DNA of 64,000 nucleotides from Lytechinus pictus (taxonomy: Eukaryota): positions 38,752,001 through 38,816,000 of the forward strand of contig NC_087245.1 in assembly GCF_037042905.1 (NCBI RefSeq), given 5' to 3'. The number at the start of each line of letters is the position of its first letter. Position 1 is the first letter of the stretch. Of this stretch, positions 11,941 through 25,361 are shown piece by piece. Under the pieces are notes generated by a model. It searched no databases. It was not told the origin of the DNA and saw only the letters and a list, made by a program, of their open reading frames with translations. The translations under genes were made by a program, and so were the position numbers.

Positions 11941-14900
11941 TCAGATGTCGATGATCACGTAGATGTCATTTGTGTCCTTATCTTCGTGGATCTGCATGTT
12001 GGAATAAGTGATGGCTTTAACCTCTGTCCCCTGTAATAAACACAAAAATATATAACACGTTAAATGGTGGTATTCTTTCAATCCAACTTCTGACATATAA
12101 TCATAAATAATAAAAGAATAAAATACAGTTTCTGTGCAACACTACCAAAATGCCTACATTATTCAGTAGTGCACTAGATCAGACCTTGCACTATATATGG
12201 TAATAATGTAGAGGTGTTGTGAGTGAGTGGATAAGTCTCCATGTAGACTTTATTTACAAGGTCTGGGGTTCAAATCCCACTCCAGCACTCGCATCTTTGG
12301 CAAGGCTTTCTTCTACATGTGCCACTCTCAACACAGGTGTAATAAATGGGTACCCGGTAGGAAGAAATTCCTTTAATGCTCGAGCACCTGATGAGGGTAG
12401 CTGTGATAAAGCCAGGGTAATAGTATGCAACGCTCAGAAACATTATATATAAATTTTGCATATCATCATTATGACCTTGGCTCACAGCCCGGCTGCTGTT
12501 TCAAGGCATCGGTGTATGTCAGGAATTAATCTCGTTAGGTACCCCATTCACTTCACTTGGGTAGAGTGCAGCACAATATGGATTAATATCTTGCTGAAGA
12601 AGATTGACAAATAAAAACAGTGCATCATTCTCTAATTTTAAGGTGTGGTATAGAGAGTTGTTCACGGATTTGAAATGTACTTTTTTTATTGCTTTAGACT
12701 CACCTGTGGATGCTTAACAAGATCAAAATATTCTCCAATCCTACATGGAAAAAAAATGTAGAGGGAAAAAATTACTAACAATCAATGACTCCATACAACA
12801 TAGAGTCATAGAGATAAAGAAATTTTGTAATTATGAGCAAAGTAAGCATGACATTGCCATTCCAGGAAATGTTGGGTCTTTTCCAAGCAATAATAAGACA
12901 CAGTCCCACATGTGCTTCTCTGTGTGGATGATCTTGAGTGTGATTTTTTTTTCCGCATTAGATTTCATGATTTAACAAGGCTCTTGGTTAAAGACCAATA
13001 AAATATAGTATGAATGGTATATCTTGATTAGTTCATTAATATTTGATAATTACTGATTAATACATGAAAATATAGTGTATAATCCTACCAAGTATAACAA
13101 TGTCCCTAACTGCCAATCTAAGATAAATATGTATTTAGTGATCTCATTTTTCGAAAATCCTAACATTCATATTCCTTTTTCAGATTTCTTTAACTTTTAT
13201 CATTCAGTCAAGTCATCATTTTCTCCCCTTGTCTTGATTTCACATAGAACGAACAGACAAAAAAAAATTATCAGTAACTACACATTTGTATTATCAAAAT
13301 GTTTGATGATCAATACTCAAATATAATTCACATTAATACTAAATAGGTTCATTATTGCAAACTGAAATAATCGCTAGAGGGTATTCATTTGTCTCGCAAT
13401 CTACTATGGTCAACAAGTGATCACGAATTTCCTTGTTGACCATAGTAGATTGCGAGACAAATGAATACCCTCTAGCGATAATTCACATTGTTGAACCTTT
13501 ACAAAACTTTAGCCAGGCTTTAAACAATATCTATAACCAAACAATGATGTTTTCTCACCCAGTTGACTGAATTTTAAATTTCTTTGTATCAAATTCTGTG
13601 ATCTTGACTTCCTAGAATTTGAAAGAAAAATCAAACAATCACAAAAAGTAACAAGACATTATATTATGAAATTTCATACAATATTTTTTCGTCATTGTAC
13701 TCCAGAACATTTATTATTAATTCATATGCTGTATTCTTGGCAAAGTAAGCACATTTGGATGTTTAGTCGAATAACTTCTTGGAGCAGAAACCTAAGGATC
13801 AGAGCAGAAACCTAAGGATCATACATGAAAAGAATGATTGACATATTCCACAAATATTCTACAAGCAGTTACTGCATCAGATTCGTTCATTTGATGATAT
13901 TTTGAAGGGAAAAATATCAAAATCCCCAAATAGGCAAATTTTCAATTTTAAAACATAGGTGCCCTCTATTCTTCATCAATCTCAGTCACGTTACTTCGGG
14001 GCCCGTCTCACAAAGAGTTGCAATTGATCCGATCAACCTCAAGTATACGGAAATCCATCAAGTTACATAATTTTTTTTCTTTAGGAAATTAGCACAATGC
14101 CCTTTGAAAACAAAGAGAAGCATACTGAATTGTCAAGAAAACAGTGAATGTATGAATGCACACCATATCTGGAAACCATTTTAAACAAACATGAACTTTA
14201 AATGTTGACGCTGCTGGCTTTCCAGAGTTGTGGTTGGTTGGATCAATCTTAACTCTTTGTGAGACGGGGCCCTGTTATGTAACAGTTTCCAAAAGAAGAA
14301 TTACCGAGAGGCAAATTTAACTGATAATGATTCAACACAACTTTTCTTGTCCTCGTACTGGCTCAACGCGAGGGCTCTCGCTAGTCGTCGTGAATTGCAA
14401 TGAAGAGGTTTGTATGGGAGTTATCCTGAATGATTTGGAAAAAGTAGCTCACAATCAAATTCATCATACAACAGGGATGAGTTCATGGCCGGCCCCGAGG
14501 TCATATTTTGCCGGCCTTGGCCTCAGCCTCATGTATAAAGTCTATGGGAAGTTTTCTCCAGCAGCCTCATGACTCGTAGGTACTGGCCTTGACTACATCA
14601 CTGTCAAACAAAAAATCATACACATAACTTGCAAGAAGATAGCCATCGCATGAACACTACAATGGACTTTGGACTCACCCTAGGGATAAAGAAAGGTTCA
14701 GCCGAAAAAACAAAGAGCCATTCGTCCAAGAAATTGAAGAGTAAGGACTTCATATCATCTCCTGCAAGTGAAATAGGAAAAGGAGTGGAGAAAAAAATAG
14801 AAGAACAAAAAAATGCAGTTAAAATCATGTAAAATCCAATAAACAAAGTACAAACTCATGCATATCCGCAGATCCAACCTGTTCACAGTATTTAGCATGT

Positions 14901-17900
14901 CACCAAGCTTTTATCTGCATTCAGCAGGGTGTCGAATGGAAACTTAGATTTTCTGACATATTCACTATTTATTTATAATAACTTCAACCTGTGTTTTATG
15001 TACAGTATGTTATCAAAGAATGAAGAATTTGATGTTTAGAACACCAAAGAATATGGAATTTGCATTTTAGAGAACATAAACCTGGAGATTTCAACTTAAC
15101 CCCCAATAGTCATGGAGGGGGTAGCGGATTATGGCCCTTTAAGATCTTGTCCGCAGAACGCATGATTGCAGCAAAATTCACACTATGCTAGAAAATGACT
15201 AACTATGAGGGTTACATATAAATAGCTAACTTTCACTAAATCTATATATATTACATTTTATATGAATTTATTGTGTGGTTGTGGGTCGGTCAATTGGAGG
15301 TGCACACCAGTTTTGATTCTTGATTAATAGTAGGCCTATAGGTTCATTAGCTGTGTCATTTTCCCCTGCTACATTGTTTTCTTTTCTTTTACCGGTAATC
15401 CCACAGAACACAGTGCGCTTAGAAACACCAGTAGTAAGCACCTTATAAATGTTATGTATTATTATTATGCTAATCTACATTTATACATGAAATTACACTT
15501 GTTGCTCTTATTCAGTGTTCAATAAAGTTCCTGGAATGCTAATTTTTGGTGTAAATATTCTCTATTGCATTCCTAACATTAACTGAACTGAAAGAGTCAT
15601 GAAATATTGAGATGCAAACCTCTAAAGTTACAGATATATCACAAAAAATAGTGAGGTGCAGGCCATTATGCCCCCCCCCCCCCTGACGATAAAGGGATGA
15701 CCCTTCAAACAACCCCCCCCCCCCAAAAAAAAAAAAAAAAAAAAAAAAAAGACATACCCTAAAATTATTAATTATTGAAAAAAAACATACCTTCAACTGA
15801 AACTTCCTGATTTATGGTACTCTCTACACATCTGATGTCAGTCATGTAATCAAACATTGCTTGCACTACCTGTCAGGGTTAATATACACAGAATTTCATT
15901 ATACACTACATTTTGAGGATGATGATGATCAGAAATGAATCAAGTGCTAGAACTGTGGTCTTAAAAGAAAAAAAATTATATTTTGTAAACAAAGTACAGA
16001 TTTTAATCATTTCATTTCATGACTGATGGTATTGAGGCAATTATCTAATAAAGAACAATTCTCAGTAACAAATCCTTAAAAAAATAGATCGATGATATGG
16101 AAGAGGTTCATCGTGGTTAAGGATTGAGTAGAATAACCAGTTGTCTCATGATGTATCAAACATAGTTTGATACATCGTGAGACAACTGGTTATTTCTTCA
16201 AAAAATAGATCATGCATACAATGTGCTCTATACAGAAAAATTGATCATGTATACATGTGTAGTGTAGTGAAATAAAATGTATTTTTTTCGGCTATGAGTA
16301 AATGAAGTGGAAATTAGACCAACTCGGTACTACAGTACATGTAGACTACATGAGAATTATATGCTTTTCACACTGCATTTCCTTAACCTCATACTATATT
16401 TTCGTGGATTCACTGTCTTTCTTAACCCCATACTATTTGCTTAGCCAGGGTTAATGCCTTAACCCCAAACTATCACACAGCTCATGAATATTGATGATTT
16501 TACCATACAAAGCATGATTATCATGCAATTTTGGCTTGAGTTTCGACGTGATTGGCTAATGCTTAGCCCCACTTTTCCTTAGCCCAGTTTTGTTTCACAC
16601 TGCATCTCTTAGCATTGCAATTGTGGTGCTAGCACCACAATAAGCCGGCTTACCCTGCTTGTTTGCACGGTCAGATGGTACCGTACTAATTACCGTGATA
16701 GCCACTTTGCTAAAACGTAGTGTGAAAACGAAGTGGGCTAAGCTTAACCCCGGGAAATTGGTGGGGATAAGACCCGACCCCCCCCCCCCTTTGCCCCACC
16801 AATTTCCCTGGGTTTAAGAAAAAAAAGTGCAGTGTGAAAAGCATATCAGAGTTACAGTAGTCTATGTGGGTATTAAACCAAGTATAGGGTAGACCCAATG
16901 ACAATTACATGTAGACCACATTGCCAATTCATGAGAAGGCCAATTGAATATAAAACCCATACATGTAAGTAAGTTCACCCTGGAGTGATCCCCCACGATT
17001 GGGTTTTTCAAACGCATCCTCCATTGTGCATCATATTCCAACACAAACACTCCTTTATTGTTATGTGACAAAAGCATGCCAGAGAGTGGGCGCGCTTATG
17101 TCAATAGAAGTGTAGACTATTATCATACAGAATTCATGGGAGAACAGTCGCCCAGACAAACTAGATCTCAAAAACAAATTCATCTCGATGATCAGGGAAG
17201 AGTTATTTAGTCCTGTTTGTATGCTTCCCCTGGAAAATTCCCATTCACGATAATGCTTATCCAATGTTTCAGATTTAGGTAGAAGGTAGTAAAAAGTAGC
17301 CCCCGAAACTAAGAACAAGTGGAACGCCTCTGGCAGTCTCGCCTGCATTACGCAATTTAATATAGCAGCAGTGCTAACTTTGAAAACTACTATAAAATAA
17401 TCATTCACAAAAACACCATTCATATAATGACATAATACCACGTTCATTGACCATAGATGACATTTGAACGGTGACTTAAGACTTGTCAAATACACCCATG
17501 TCCACATTTCATTCACTCTATCCATAAACTTTCAAAGTTATGATGGCAATTCAACAATTACCCCAACATGGCCTCAGTTTATTGACCTTATCTGACCTTT
17601 GACCTTGGTTTTGTGACCTGAAACTCACAGGGGATATTTAGTGATACTTGATTAGTCTTATATCCCAAGTTTTATGAAATAGATCCATAAACTTCAGAGT
17701 TAGGATGGTAATTCAACAAATACCCCCAACACGGCCAAAGTTCATTGACCTTAAATGACCTTTGACCATGGTCATGTGACCTGAAACTCGTACAGGATGT
17801 TCAGTGATACTCGATTACTCTTATGTCCAAGTTTTATGAACTAGATCCATAAATTTTCAAAGTTATGAAGGTAATTCAACAAATACCCCCAACTTGGCCA

Positions 17901-20900
17901 AAGTTCATTGACCCTAAATGACCTTTGACCTTGGCCATGTGACCTGAAACTCAGGAAGGATGTTCACTAATACTTGATTAACCTTATATCCAAGTTTCAT
18001 GAACTAGATCCATAAATTTTCAAAGTTATGATAGTAATTCAACAAATACCCCCAACTTGACCAAAGTTCATTGACCCTAAATGACCTTTGACCTTGGTCA
18101 TGTGACCTGAAACTTGAGCAGGATGTTCACCAATACTTGATTTACCTTATGCCCAAGTTTCATGAACTAGGTCCATATACTTTCTAAGTTATGATGTCAT
18201 TTCAAAAACTTAACCTTAGGTTAAGATTTGATGTTGACGCCGCCGCCGCCGTCGGAAAAGCGGCGCCTATAGTCTCGCTCTGCTATGCAGGCGAGACAAA
18301 AATTACTTTTTGTCCGATGGGGATAATATTTTGGTTGTTTGACAGCTCTCACTGATTTAAGGAGCAGTATTTCCATGCACCAAATACTGCCTATTCAAAT
18401 TTCTGAGATCTGATTTCCAACCTAACTTTCAATACTTTTTGTCCTACATGTAGGCCCCCTCCCCTATACACCACACCCCCAGAATGAATGGAAAAAAAAT
18501 CAGCGATGTTTTAAATTTCTCAAAATTTAAAGTATATTTTGTATGTCACAATAGTAAAAACTAACTTCTACCAACCTTTTTTCCTATCCATCCACTTAGG
18601 GGTAGATCTAGGATTTATCAATTGGGGGGGGGGGGCACTTTTAAAAAAATCGACAAGCTACCCCCCCCCCCCCAAAAAAAAAAAAAAAAAGACTTGTGGA
18701 GACCATTTTTGTGTAACATTTCATGGACATGCCCCCAACAAAAAAAAGAAAAATTAAAAAAAATAAGAAGGGCTAAAAGGGGGCACATGCTTCCCCCCCC
18801 CCCCCCGAGTCAAGCTTGCTCCCACTTAATTCAGGGTTTAACAAACTCATGGTCTTCAAACTCTTAAGACCAGATACACATACATGTACATGAAGGAAAA
18901 CTTTAATCTATGGGTCATATAGTTTGAAATCAATTTGAGAATACTCAGAGCTTGTAGACTAAACCAGTAAGCTCATTTGTCTCAAAGTGGAGCAAATATT
19001 GCATAAGGGCAGATCGAAATAGAGGAAAGATCATTCAATGTTTAATGTATGCTTAAATGTGGGCAGGTAGGAAGTGGGATAAAGGCACATTGTTCTACAA
19101 ACAAGACCAAGCTCCTTACAATTGTGGGTCTGGACATGCAATGTACATAGAAAATTTTAATGCTTTGTCACCACTTGCGACCTTAAGCTAGACTTCTTTC
19201 AAAACCCACTTATTGATTGAAATTTCAATCATGGTCTGTGCTAAGCCCCCCCCCCTCCCCCTCTCCACCACAGCCTTGCCCAACTGAGCCAACCTTGGTC
19301 ATAAAATGTTGTGTGGGAAAGGAGAAAAATAAGTTTAACAGAATGGTGAAAGTTTGAAAGAAATCAGACAAGCAATAAGAAAGTTATGACTGTTTTAAAA
19401 TTGAGATTCCTAAGACTATGTAAATTTCAAATTGGCAACTGGCTAAGTAAATTATGACAAGTGGGAAGGACAACTTTCCCACAGGCCATGTTCTTAATTA
19501 TAAGGGATTTATAGTTTCCTCTTAAGTACCCATTCCCCTGGGGCAGTAATCCAAATATAACTAATGAAGCATAACGGTTTGATAGCCTCATGAAAGAAAA
19601 ATATAGTTTGAAATAAAACTTTTGAAAAAAGCGACAATTTCACAATTGTATGTATTGGAGTAAATAGCAGAGTAGTCCTTGCCTCACATAACTATGACAT
19701 CACCATTGTGGCCAATTTGAAGTCTCCATGGGTATAGTGATTACCAATTTTTTACAACGTTTAAAAATTCATAACTTTCTCATATTTTGTCCGATTTTGT
19801 CCAAACTTTCACCCATGTACCTGTCTGATTTTTTTTCTTCTGATAAAAATAACTTGTTATTTAGGATGGATGCTCACTTAGTAGACTCCTATGATTTTGC
19901 AGGCATTGGCCTCTCAGACCTACATGTACTACCTATCAGATATTGTAAATTTTGAAGTGGTAATGATAAATGTCGATAAATTGCATCATGAAAAATTTTT
20001 AGTACTCACCGATTCAAATGAATCCTTGAGTGTTGGACCCCCTGTTGCATCAAATTTCTGCTAAGGAAATTTGAAACAAACTATTGCACACATCTGCATG
20101 CACATATTTTTTTTCAGGTACAGTAGTATTGGAAGACAAAACCAGAGTTACAAGGAGGCTCAAACTACCCTTCCAGCAAGGGGGCTGCATGATCAGGGGG
20201 GTTCTGATAGGGGGAAGGGAGGTGAACTAAATTTGAGGACTTCTTTCTTTTTTTTTCTTATTGAAAAAAAAATGTGGAACTATATATCTATAGTTCCATG
20301 ACCATGCTCATGCCCTCTTTCCAGTAATCTTCTTTCTTTCTTTTTTTAGTTCTTTCTCTTCCCCTTTCCCTTCTGATTTTTCACCTCTTTTTTTTTCTTT
20401 CTAAATTACATGAAAAATCATACATGACAGGCACCATCCTAACCAAGGAGCAAGGCACCTAGCTAACATTGAAACTTCATTTGATTTCATTTATTGTATT
20501 TTTTTTTGGGGGGGTGGTATAACAAAGAATTGGCATATTATTGACAGTTGATTGTACTTTTTTCTTCTTTTTTTAGTTTCACAGAGACTTGCAGTTATGC
20601 TTCTAAAAATGAGCAGTTAACCCTGACGATAAATGTGTTTTAATAATTTCAACGGAAAAAATAACGAAAATATTGGTGTAGGTTGACAAAAATCTATGGA
20701 AGAGTTCTGAAATTTACATGTATAAGCAGCAGCCCAAGATGTCATATGATATAAATTCAATAAATTTCCATTTTTTTATGATTCATGATGACTGAATGTG
20801 CTTTAGTGGGTATATAATGACATATCTAATGACATGAATGCACAAATAAATCAATTTCAATTTTCTAAGAAAAATGGCATTTTATTGAATTTATGACATC

Positions 20901-23197
20901 CGGTCAATAAGAGAGCTACCAAATCTTTGATCTGGACTTCGCAAAATTTTCACCAGTAGGTTCTTATGTTTTTTCTGCTTTTATCAAAACCAACTTTACA
21001 CATTTTAATAGAATAAGTGATTGCATATTAGAGGGTTGCATTATAAAATTATATTACAGGGCATATATTTCAAAATTTGGGATCCTTAAAAATCATATGA
21101 TTCGCTTTACCCTGAATATTTTATAATGGAATTATTTCAGGAATGGCTTATAGACATATCATATATATATATCACAATGCCTATAATGAATTATTTGTAT
21201 AAGGTGAATATAGTAGATCATAAGATAAAGGATACAAGAGTGTAATCTGCAAAAGAAAAAAGAAATTAAAAAAAGAGCAAAATTATTGCAACTTGAAAAG
21301 GAACTAAATAAATTCCAACCTTTGATCTGTCATAAACATTACCCCTAATTTAATGTCACAAGATATTAACATTAGAACACTGGACTTTTTTTTAATATGA
21401 CTGATACTGATAATAGAGTTTGATCATAAAAAATGTTATTGTACACATAAGGACTAAGAAAACATCTGGGGAAATGGCACAAAGTTCAAGATAAAAGAAA
21501 AGTTTTAAGTAAAATAATGGAAAGTAAAATAAGAGTTCAAAACCATATTTAAAGATAAAGGTAAGCTGGCAAGGTCTACTTAAATTCAGGAGCAAGCAAG
21601 TAAATGATTTCGATTTTTTATTGATTTGAGGGCAATAAATGGATGGGGGGGGCATTAAAAAAAATATATCATAGCATATACACATGTAATATTTAACATA
21701 AAAGCTGAATAAATAGGGTTTCAGAATACATTTAAAAAAAAATTATTTCCCATCTTTCCAGAATGCTCCTGAAAACTTGAACTCAGTCATGGCTTTGAAC
21801 TAAACAGCATGCATTCTTAACCTTTATATGGTAGGGAAAAAGAAAACTTACAGTACGGTCAGTAGCGTACCGTGAACCGGAGGAGACAAAGCATTGGGGG
21901 GGCACTGCATTGTCTGTGAACAATGCTGTGCCCCCCCAATGCTTTGTCTCCTCCGAGTCACGGTCCGCCACTGAGTACGGTACTAACCAAAAATGAAAAA
22001 AAGAAAAAAAGAAATTGGAGCCCTGTATTATTGCTGTAACTAAAGACCATGAAAAAAATGAAAAAGACAAATTATCACTCACTGGACATCTGCAGTATGA
22101 TCCAAATCTGAAATGAAAAAAAAATAATTATGGTGATAGAGGTCTATGGAACAATCACAAAATTTCTGACATAAACAGTTGAAGGCTTTGGCTAGCTAAG
22201 GGACATTTTTATAGATTGATAAAATGAAGACTGAAGAGGATATAAATAGAGGGAAAAGAATATTCAAGAGGAGAAAGGTAAAAGAGTTAAAGGCATGAAA
22301 TTACTGTTTTACATGTACGTCTCAATTTATTATGACTATGCTTTGGCAAGCTTAGTAATGTTGTGGATAATCTTGCAAACAGTAGAGGTGCTGATCCAAA
22401 AATTGGGATTGTCCCAGAAAACAAGGATATCCTCAATCCTCATACTGTAGACCAAGACAAATCATGTCTTGATAAATTGGGATTGTCTTTGTTTATGGGA
22501 AGTTTTTTTTCACTAACCCCTGAAGGAGACAGCAATTACAGGGATTGAGAGTGCTATAAAAAGAGATTTAGTGACCTCATGCAGTTCCCCCCAGTTCACC
22601 GTCTATTTTTCATGACTTGCCATCTTCCAATGTAATCTTGTGTAATAATGAAACCCGAGGTGAAATACATCCACTAGGTGACTAGCGCACTTGATCGGTG
22701 TCGGCACCTGATAGGTGAATGAACTTTCCTAGAATTCTTGTGCGGAGAAATCTTTGAAAACTGAGACAGTCCCTGTAAACTGGGATGATCCATCCCAAAT
22801 TTCTGTCACGCACAAGCACTGCAATAACCTTGTTAATTGATTGAACGAGTGCCCTACTGAGTGTAATTGTTGTAATGAGCTACGGTAGCTAAACTAAAGT
22901 AAAGTCTAAAGAGTAAAGTAAAGTCAGATCCCCAAATTAACACTATAAAATTATTTTTTGGTTCTTACATTCATAGTTTATACCACCGGCTGGTTTATCA
23001 TCTGCGTATAGAGGATAGTTTCCCTTTTGATGACCAGCAAATACGTGCAGTTGTTCTTCAGAAAAGTCCACAGGCCCAGCAGACTCGGATCCAGCAGCAT
23101 CTGCGTCTCCCGGGGTCGAAGTCGCCCCGGTATCTCCGGCGGCGTCCTCAAGCTCCTTTCGCTCCTCCAGCTTTGCGGTGGTGGCATCTGACTCCAT
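11941..23197 (-). CDS. ZBTB8OS: Protein archease (cofactor of the RtcB tRNA-splicing ligase), 212 aa; exons 23197-22969, 22107-22083, 21246-21236, 20041-20010, 15869-15791, 14761-14679, 13611-13559, 12740-12704, 12030-11941
   Basis: All introns are GT-AG with consistent phases (639 nt in total). Translation: ...NYEYLDHTADVQLHSWGPTLKDSFESVVQAMFDYMTD...EGDDMKSLLFNFLDEWLFVFSAEPFFIPREVKITEFD...GEYFDLVKHPQGTEVKAITYSNMQI...IYVIIDI*, with the archease hallmarks DHTAD, EVKAxTY and a C-terminal DI. Confidence 0.96.
12212..12450 (+). mobile_element. Degenerate tRNA-derived SINE
   Basis: B-box-like GGTTCAAATCC; body (actctcaacacaggtgtaataaatgggtacccggtagg) shared with 38335-38650. Confidence 0.55.
13370..13479. 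repeat. Perfect 48-bp inverted repeat with 14-nt spacer
   Basis: Arms 13370-13417 and 13432-13479 are exact reverse complements. Confidence 0.95.
13998..14272. mobile_element. Harbinger-like MITE, same family as 57-531
   Basis: gcccgtctcacaaagagttg / aactctttgtgagacggggcc. Confidence 0.8.
16132..16194. repeat. 30-bp inverted repeat with 3-nt loop
   Basis: aataaccagttgtctcatgatgtatcaaac-ata-gtttgatacatcgtgagacaactggttatt, one mismatch. Confidence 0.9.
16359..16846. mobile_element. MITE
   Basis: 19-bp TIR atatgcttttcacactgca / tgcagtgtgaaaagcatat. Confidence 0.75.
17313..18301 (-). mobile_element. HINE/DINE-1/pearl-like non-autonomous Helentron with about 4 x 163-bp internal tandem repeats
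   Basis: Subterminal inverted repeat gtctcgcctgcat / atgcaggcgagac, a short internal IR, a (GCC)n microsatellite and T-run ends; unit landmarks at 17556, 17718, 17881 and 18044. Confidence 0.75.
20042..21235 (-). other. U12-type (minor spliceosome) GT-AG intron of archease
   Basis: Minus-strand 5' splice site GTATCCTTT (21235-21227); branch-site-like TTTCCTTAGC about 20 nt upstream of the AG; no polypyrimidine tract. Confidence 0.85.
21860..21973. mobile_element. 114-bp hairpin hAT-like MITE
   Basis: cagtagcg...cgccactg termini, internally palindromic, 8-bp TSD AGTACGGT (21852-21859, 21974-21981). Confidence 0.85.
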
Positions 23198-23370
23198 CGT
23201 TATTTTTGTCTTTTAATTTTTTTAGTTTTCCACAATTCCGTCTATTCGTTTATATTCCTACACTACCACCGTTTTTCTGTTTTTTCTCAGCAGCCACAGC
23301 ATCAACGTAACATAAGAGCTGAGAAAATGTTAACACCGGTACTACGCTAACTATTACTGGGTTTTAATTT

Positions 23371-23390
23371 CGGATTGGTTAAGCCCAATT
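23371..23390. promoter_or_regulatory. Paired CCAAT boxes in the archease proximal promoter
   Basis: ATTGG and CCAAT in opposite orientations about 180 nt upstream of the ATG, next to a CpG-rich patch (23440-23470). Confidence 0.45.
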
Positions 23391-25121
23391 ACTGAAGCAA
23401 TATAATATGGGTACGGCACATCACAGTGCTAGTGATGAATCGGGCCAGTGCTCGGGCCGCGCGCCGGGGTTCATGATCGACGTGAAAATCCAAATTTCGC
23501 AACCCTATGCAACAATCTCGACTGCACATGCAATAACAATGGCAAACTATGGGCGGCCGTTTATAACAAAATTAAATAAGAATCCCATAAGGATTTCTTC
23601 TTTCCTGAAATTTTCCTTAAATTTACGAGGAAGTGAAGCAAATATATACGCAAACAAAACTCGAACACTTAGTCCCAATATTTTGAACAAGATTCATTGC
23701 ACTACAATATTTTCTGTTTAAACAGATTTGCATCTATAGGGCTTATACGCCGGTAGAATATAGCAGGGGCCGCGGAATGGTTTTCAAAGTGAGGGGGGGG
23801 GGGCTGACCATGCACAAAATCATATGGTAATTTTTACGTTTTTGTACACGGTTTTGGAAAAAAGTGGGGGGGGGGGGGCTTCAGCTTCCCCGGCCCCTGT
23901 ATAGACAGGGATAGACATGGGCGGATATCTCTCCCCAAAGGTAGGGGGGACCAGGCGCAGATGAAGGACTTTCCCCCCGGAAAATTTGAAAAGCAAAAAA
24001 AAAAGATTATCACCCAAAATGTATGGTATTTTCGTCCAAAATAAATTTGACAAGCACAAAAAAGGGTATCACTTTCAATGGGGGGGGGGGGGCACACTTA
24101 ATTGGAGAAAAAAAATTCTATTACAAATTTTGATTTTAAATGATGTATTTTTTCCATCATAAAAGACCACAAATAGTAGGGGGACATTTGATAATGTGTC
24201 CCCCCCCCCTTTCCAAATGGTAGGGGGCGTGTCCCCCTGTCCCCCCTGGGATTTTGGCCCATGTATATAGAGGATAGGTGGCTACCGTAATGGGCGGCCT
24301 CAACACCCCGGCCCACGACAGTCCCAATACAAAACACACAAACCCAGACACAATTATAAGTTTCAAGTTTATTTTTATTGATTTGAAATCCAAACATAAA
24401 TGATCACAATCAAAATAAAATGAACAATTTTTTTACAAATTATCGAACATAAGTTACAATGATATATTAACATTTCTAACAATAAATAGAGTCACAAATA
24501 TATATATATATGCTGTCTGATACACATAACTAAAAAAACAACTTTAACAGAGAATGTTAGACTTTTCTTTGAAGTGTCACGACCTACATGCCTCCAAAAT
24601 AATCTGGCCTATGTGAGGTAACACTTTTTAAAAGAATCTATGCGTTTTTTGTTACTGTCAAAAGTCGAGCTGTTATTTGTTATGTATTTCATATTGTAAA
24701 ATATTTACTTTCTAATTCTTTTCTTTTCAAGCCCTGAAAGGGCACGTAGGCCATATAGTAGCCTAGCTATATACTATATTATTGGGTAAATTCTTGTCAA
24801 CAAGCATGCGTAATATAAGTCTATATCATTTCAAGGGAAACAATTCTATAGGCCTATGATATACCCAAAATATACAGAGTTGTTATTAGCGCCAGAATAG
24901 ACTACAAAGTAAGTTCTACGAGTTAAGATTTCAAATTGATCATAAACCGCTCGCTCTCAGAATATACAACTTGTATAAATACTTTACTTTGTATTTCAAT
25001 TATTAAAAATATCCTATGGAAAAAGCGTTTTGCTTACATCTCCACGAAAGACACAGATACTTCAGGCGAAAACACAGTGCATGCATGCATGCCTCTGTTT
25101 TTACTCCAAATCCCCTTCTGA

Positions 25122-25351
25122 CATGTTATGTTATGTTATACCGAGGTTTTTACCTGACTGCTAAGAAAGCAAGAATGCCTGTGAGCAAGCAACCAGGGGA
25201 CCAACGGCTTAAGGTCCTTTCCGAGGGACCTGGTAATGAGGATAAATGCCTTACCAAAGGGCACTAGCGCACCACTTGGGAATCGAACCCGGGTCACCGG
25301 AATCCGAAACCCCCGCTCTATATAATATACCGACTGAGCTATCGCGCCTCT
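25122..25351 (-). mobile_element. tRNA-derived SINE (tRNA-Arg-like head, SURF1-like)
   Basis: A box TAGCTCAGTCGG, B box GGTTCGATTCC, TCG in the anticodon-like loop, tRNA-unrelated body and (ATAAC)n tail. Confidence 0.8.
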
Positions 25352-25361
25352 TAAACACAAG

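Noticed and set aside
17520..18200. CRISPR-like array
   Set aside because: Whole 163-bp units repeat without unique spacers, and the context is eukaryotic
23765..24270. Poly-G/poly-C runs as regulatory G-quadruplexes
   Set aside because: They occur throughout the window inside repeat fragments, and homopolymer lengths may be unreliable
25265..25350. tRNA gene (Arg-TCG-like)
   Set aside because: The D-loop has an AT insertion, the stems are imperfect, and it continues into a SINE body and simple-repeat tail
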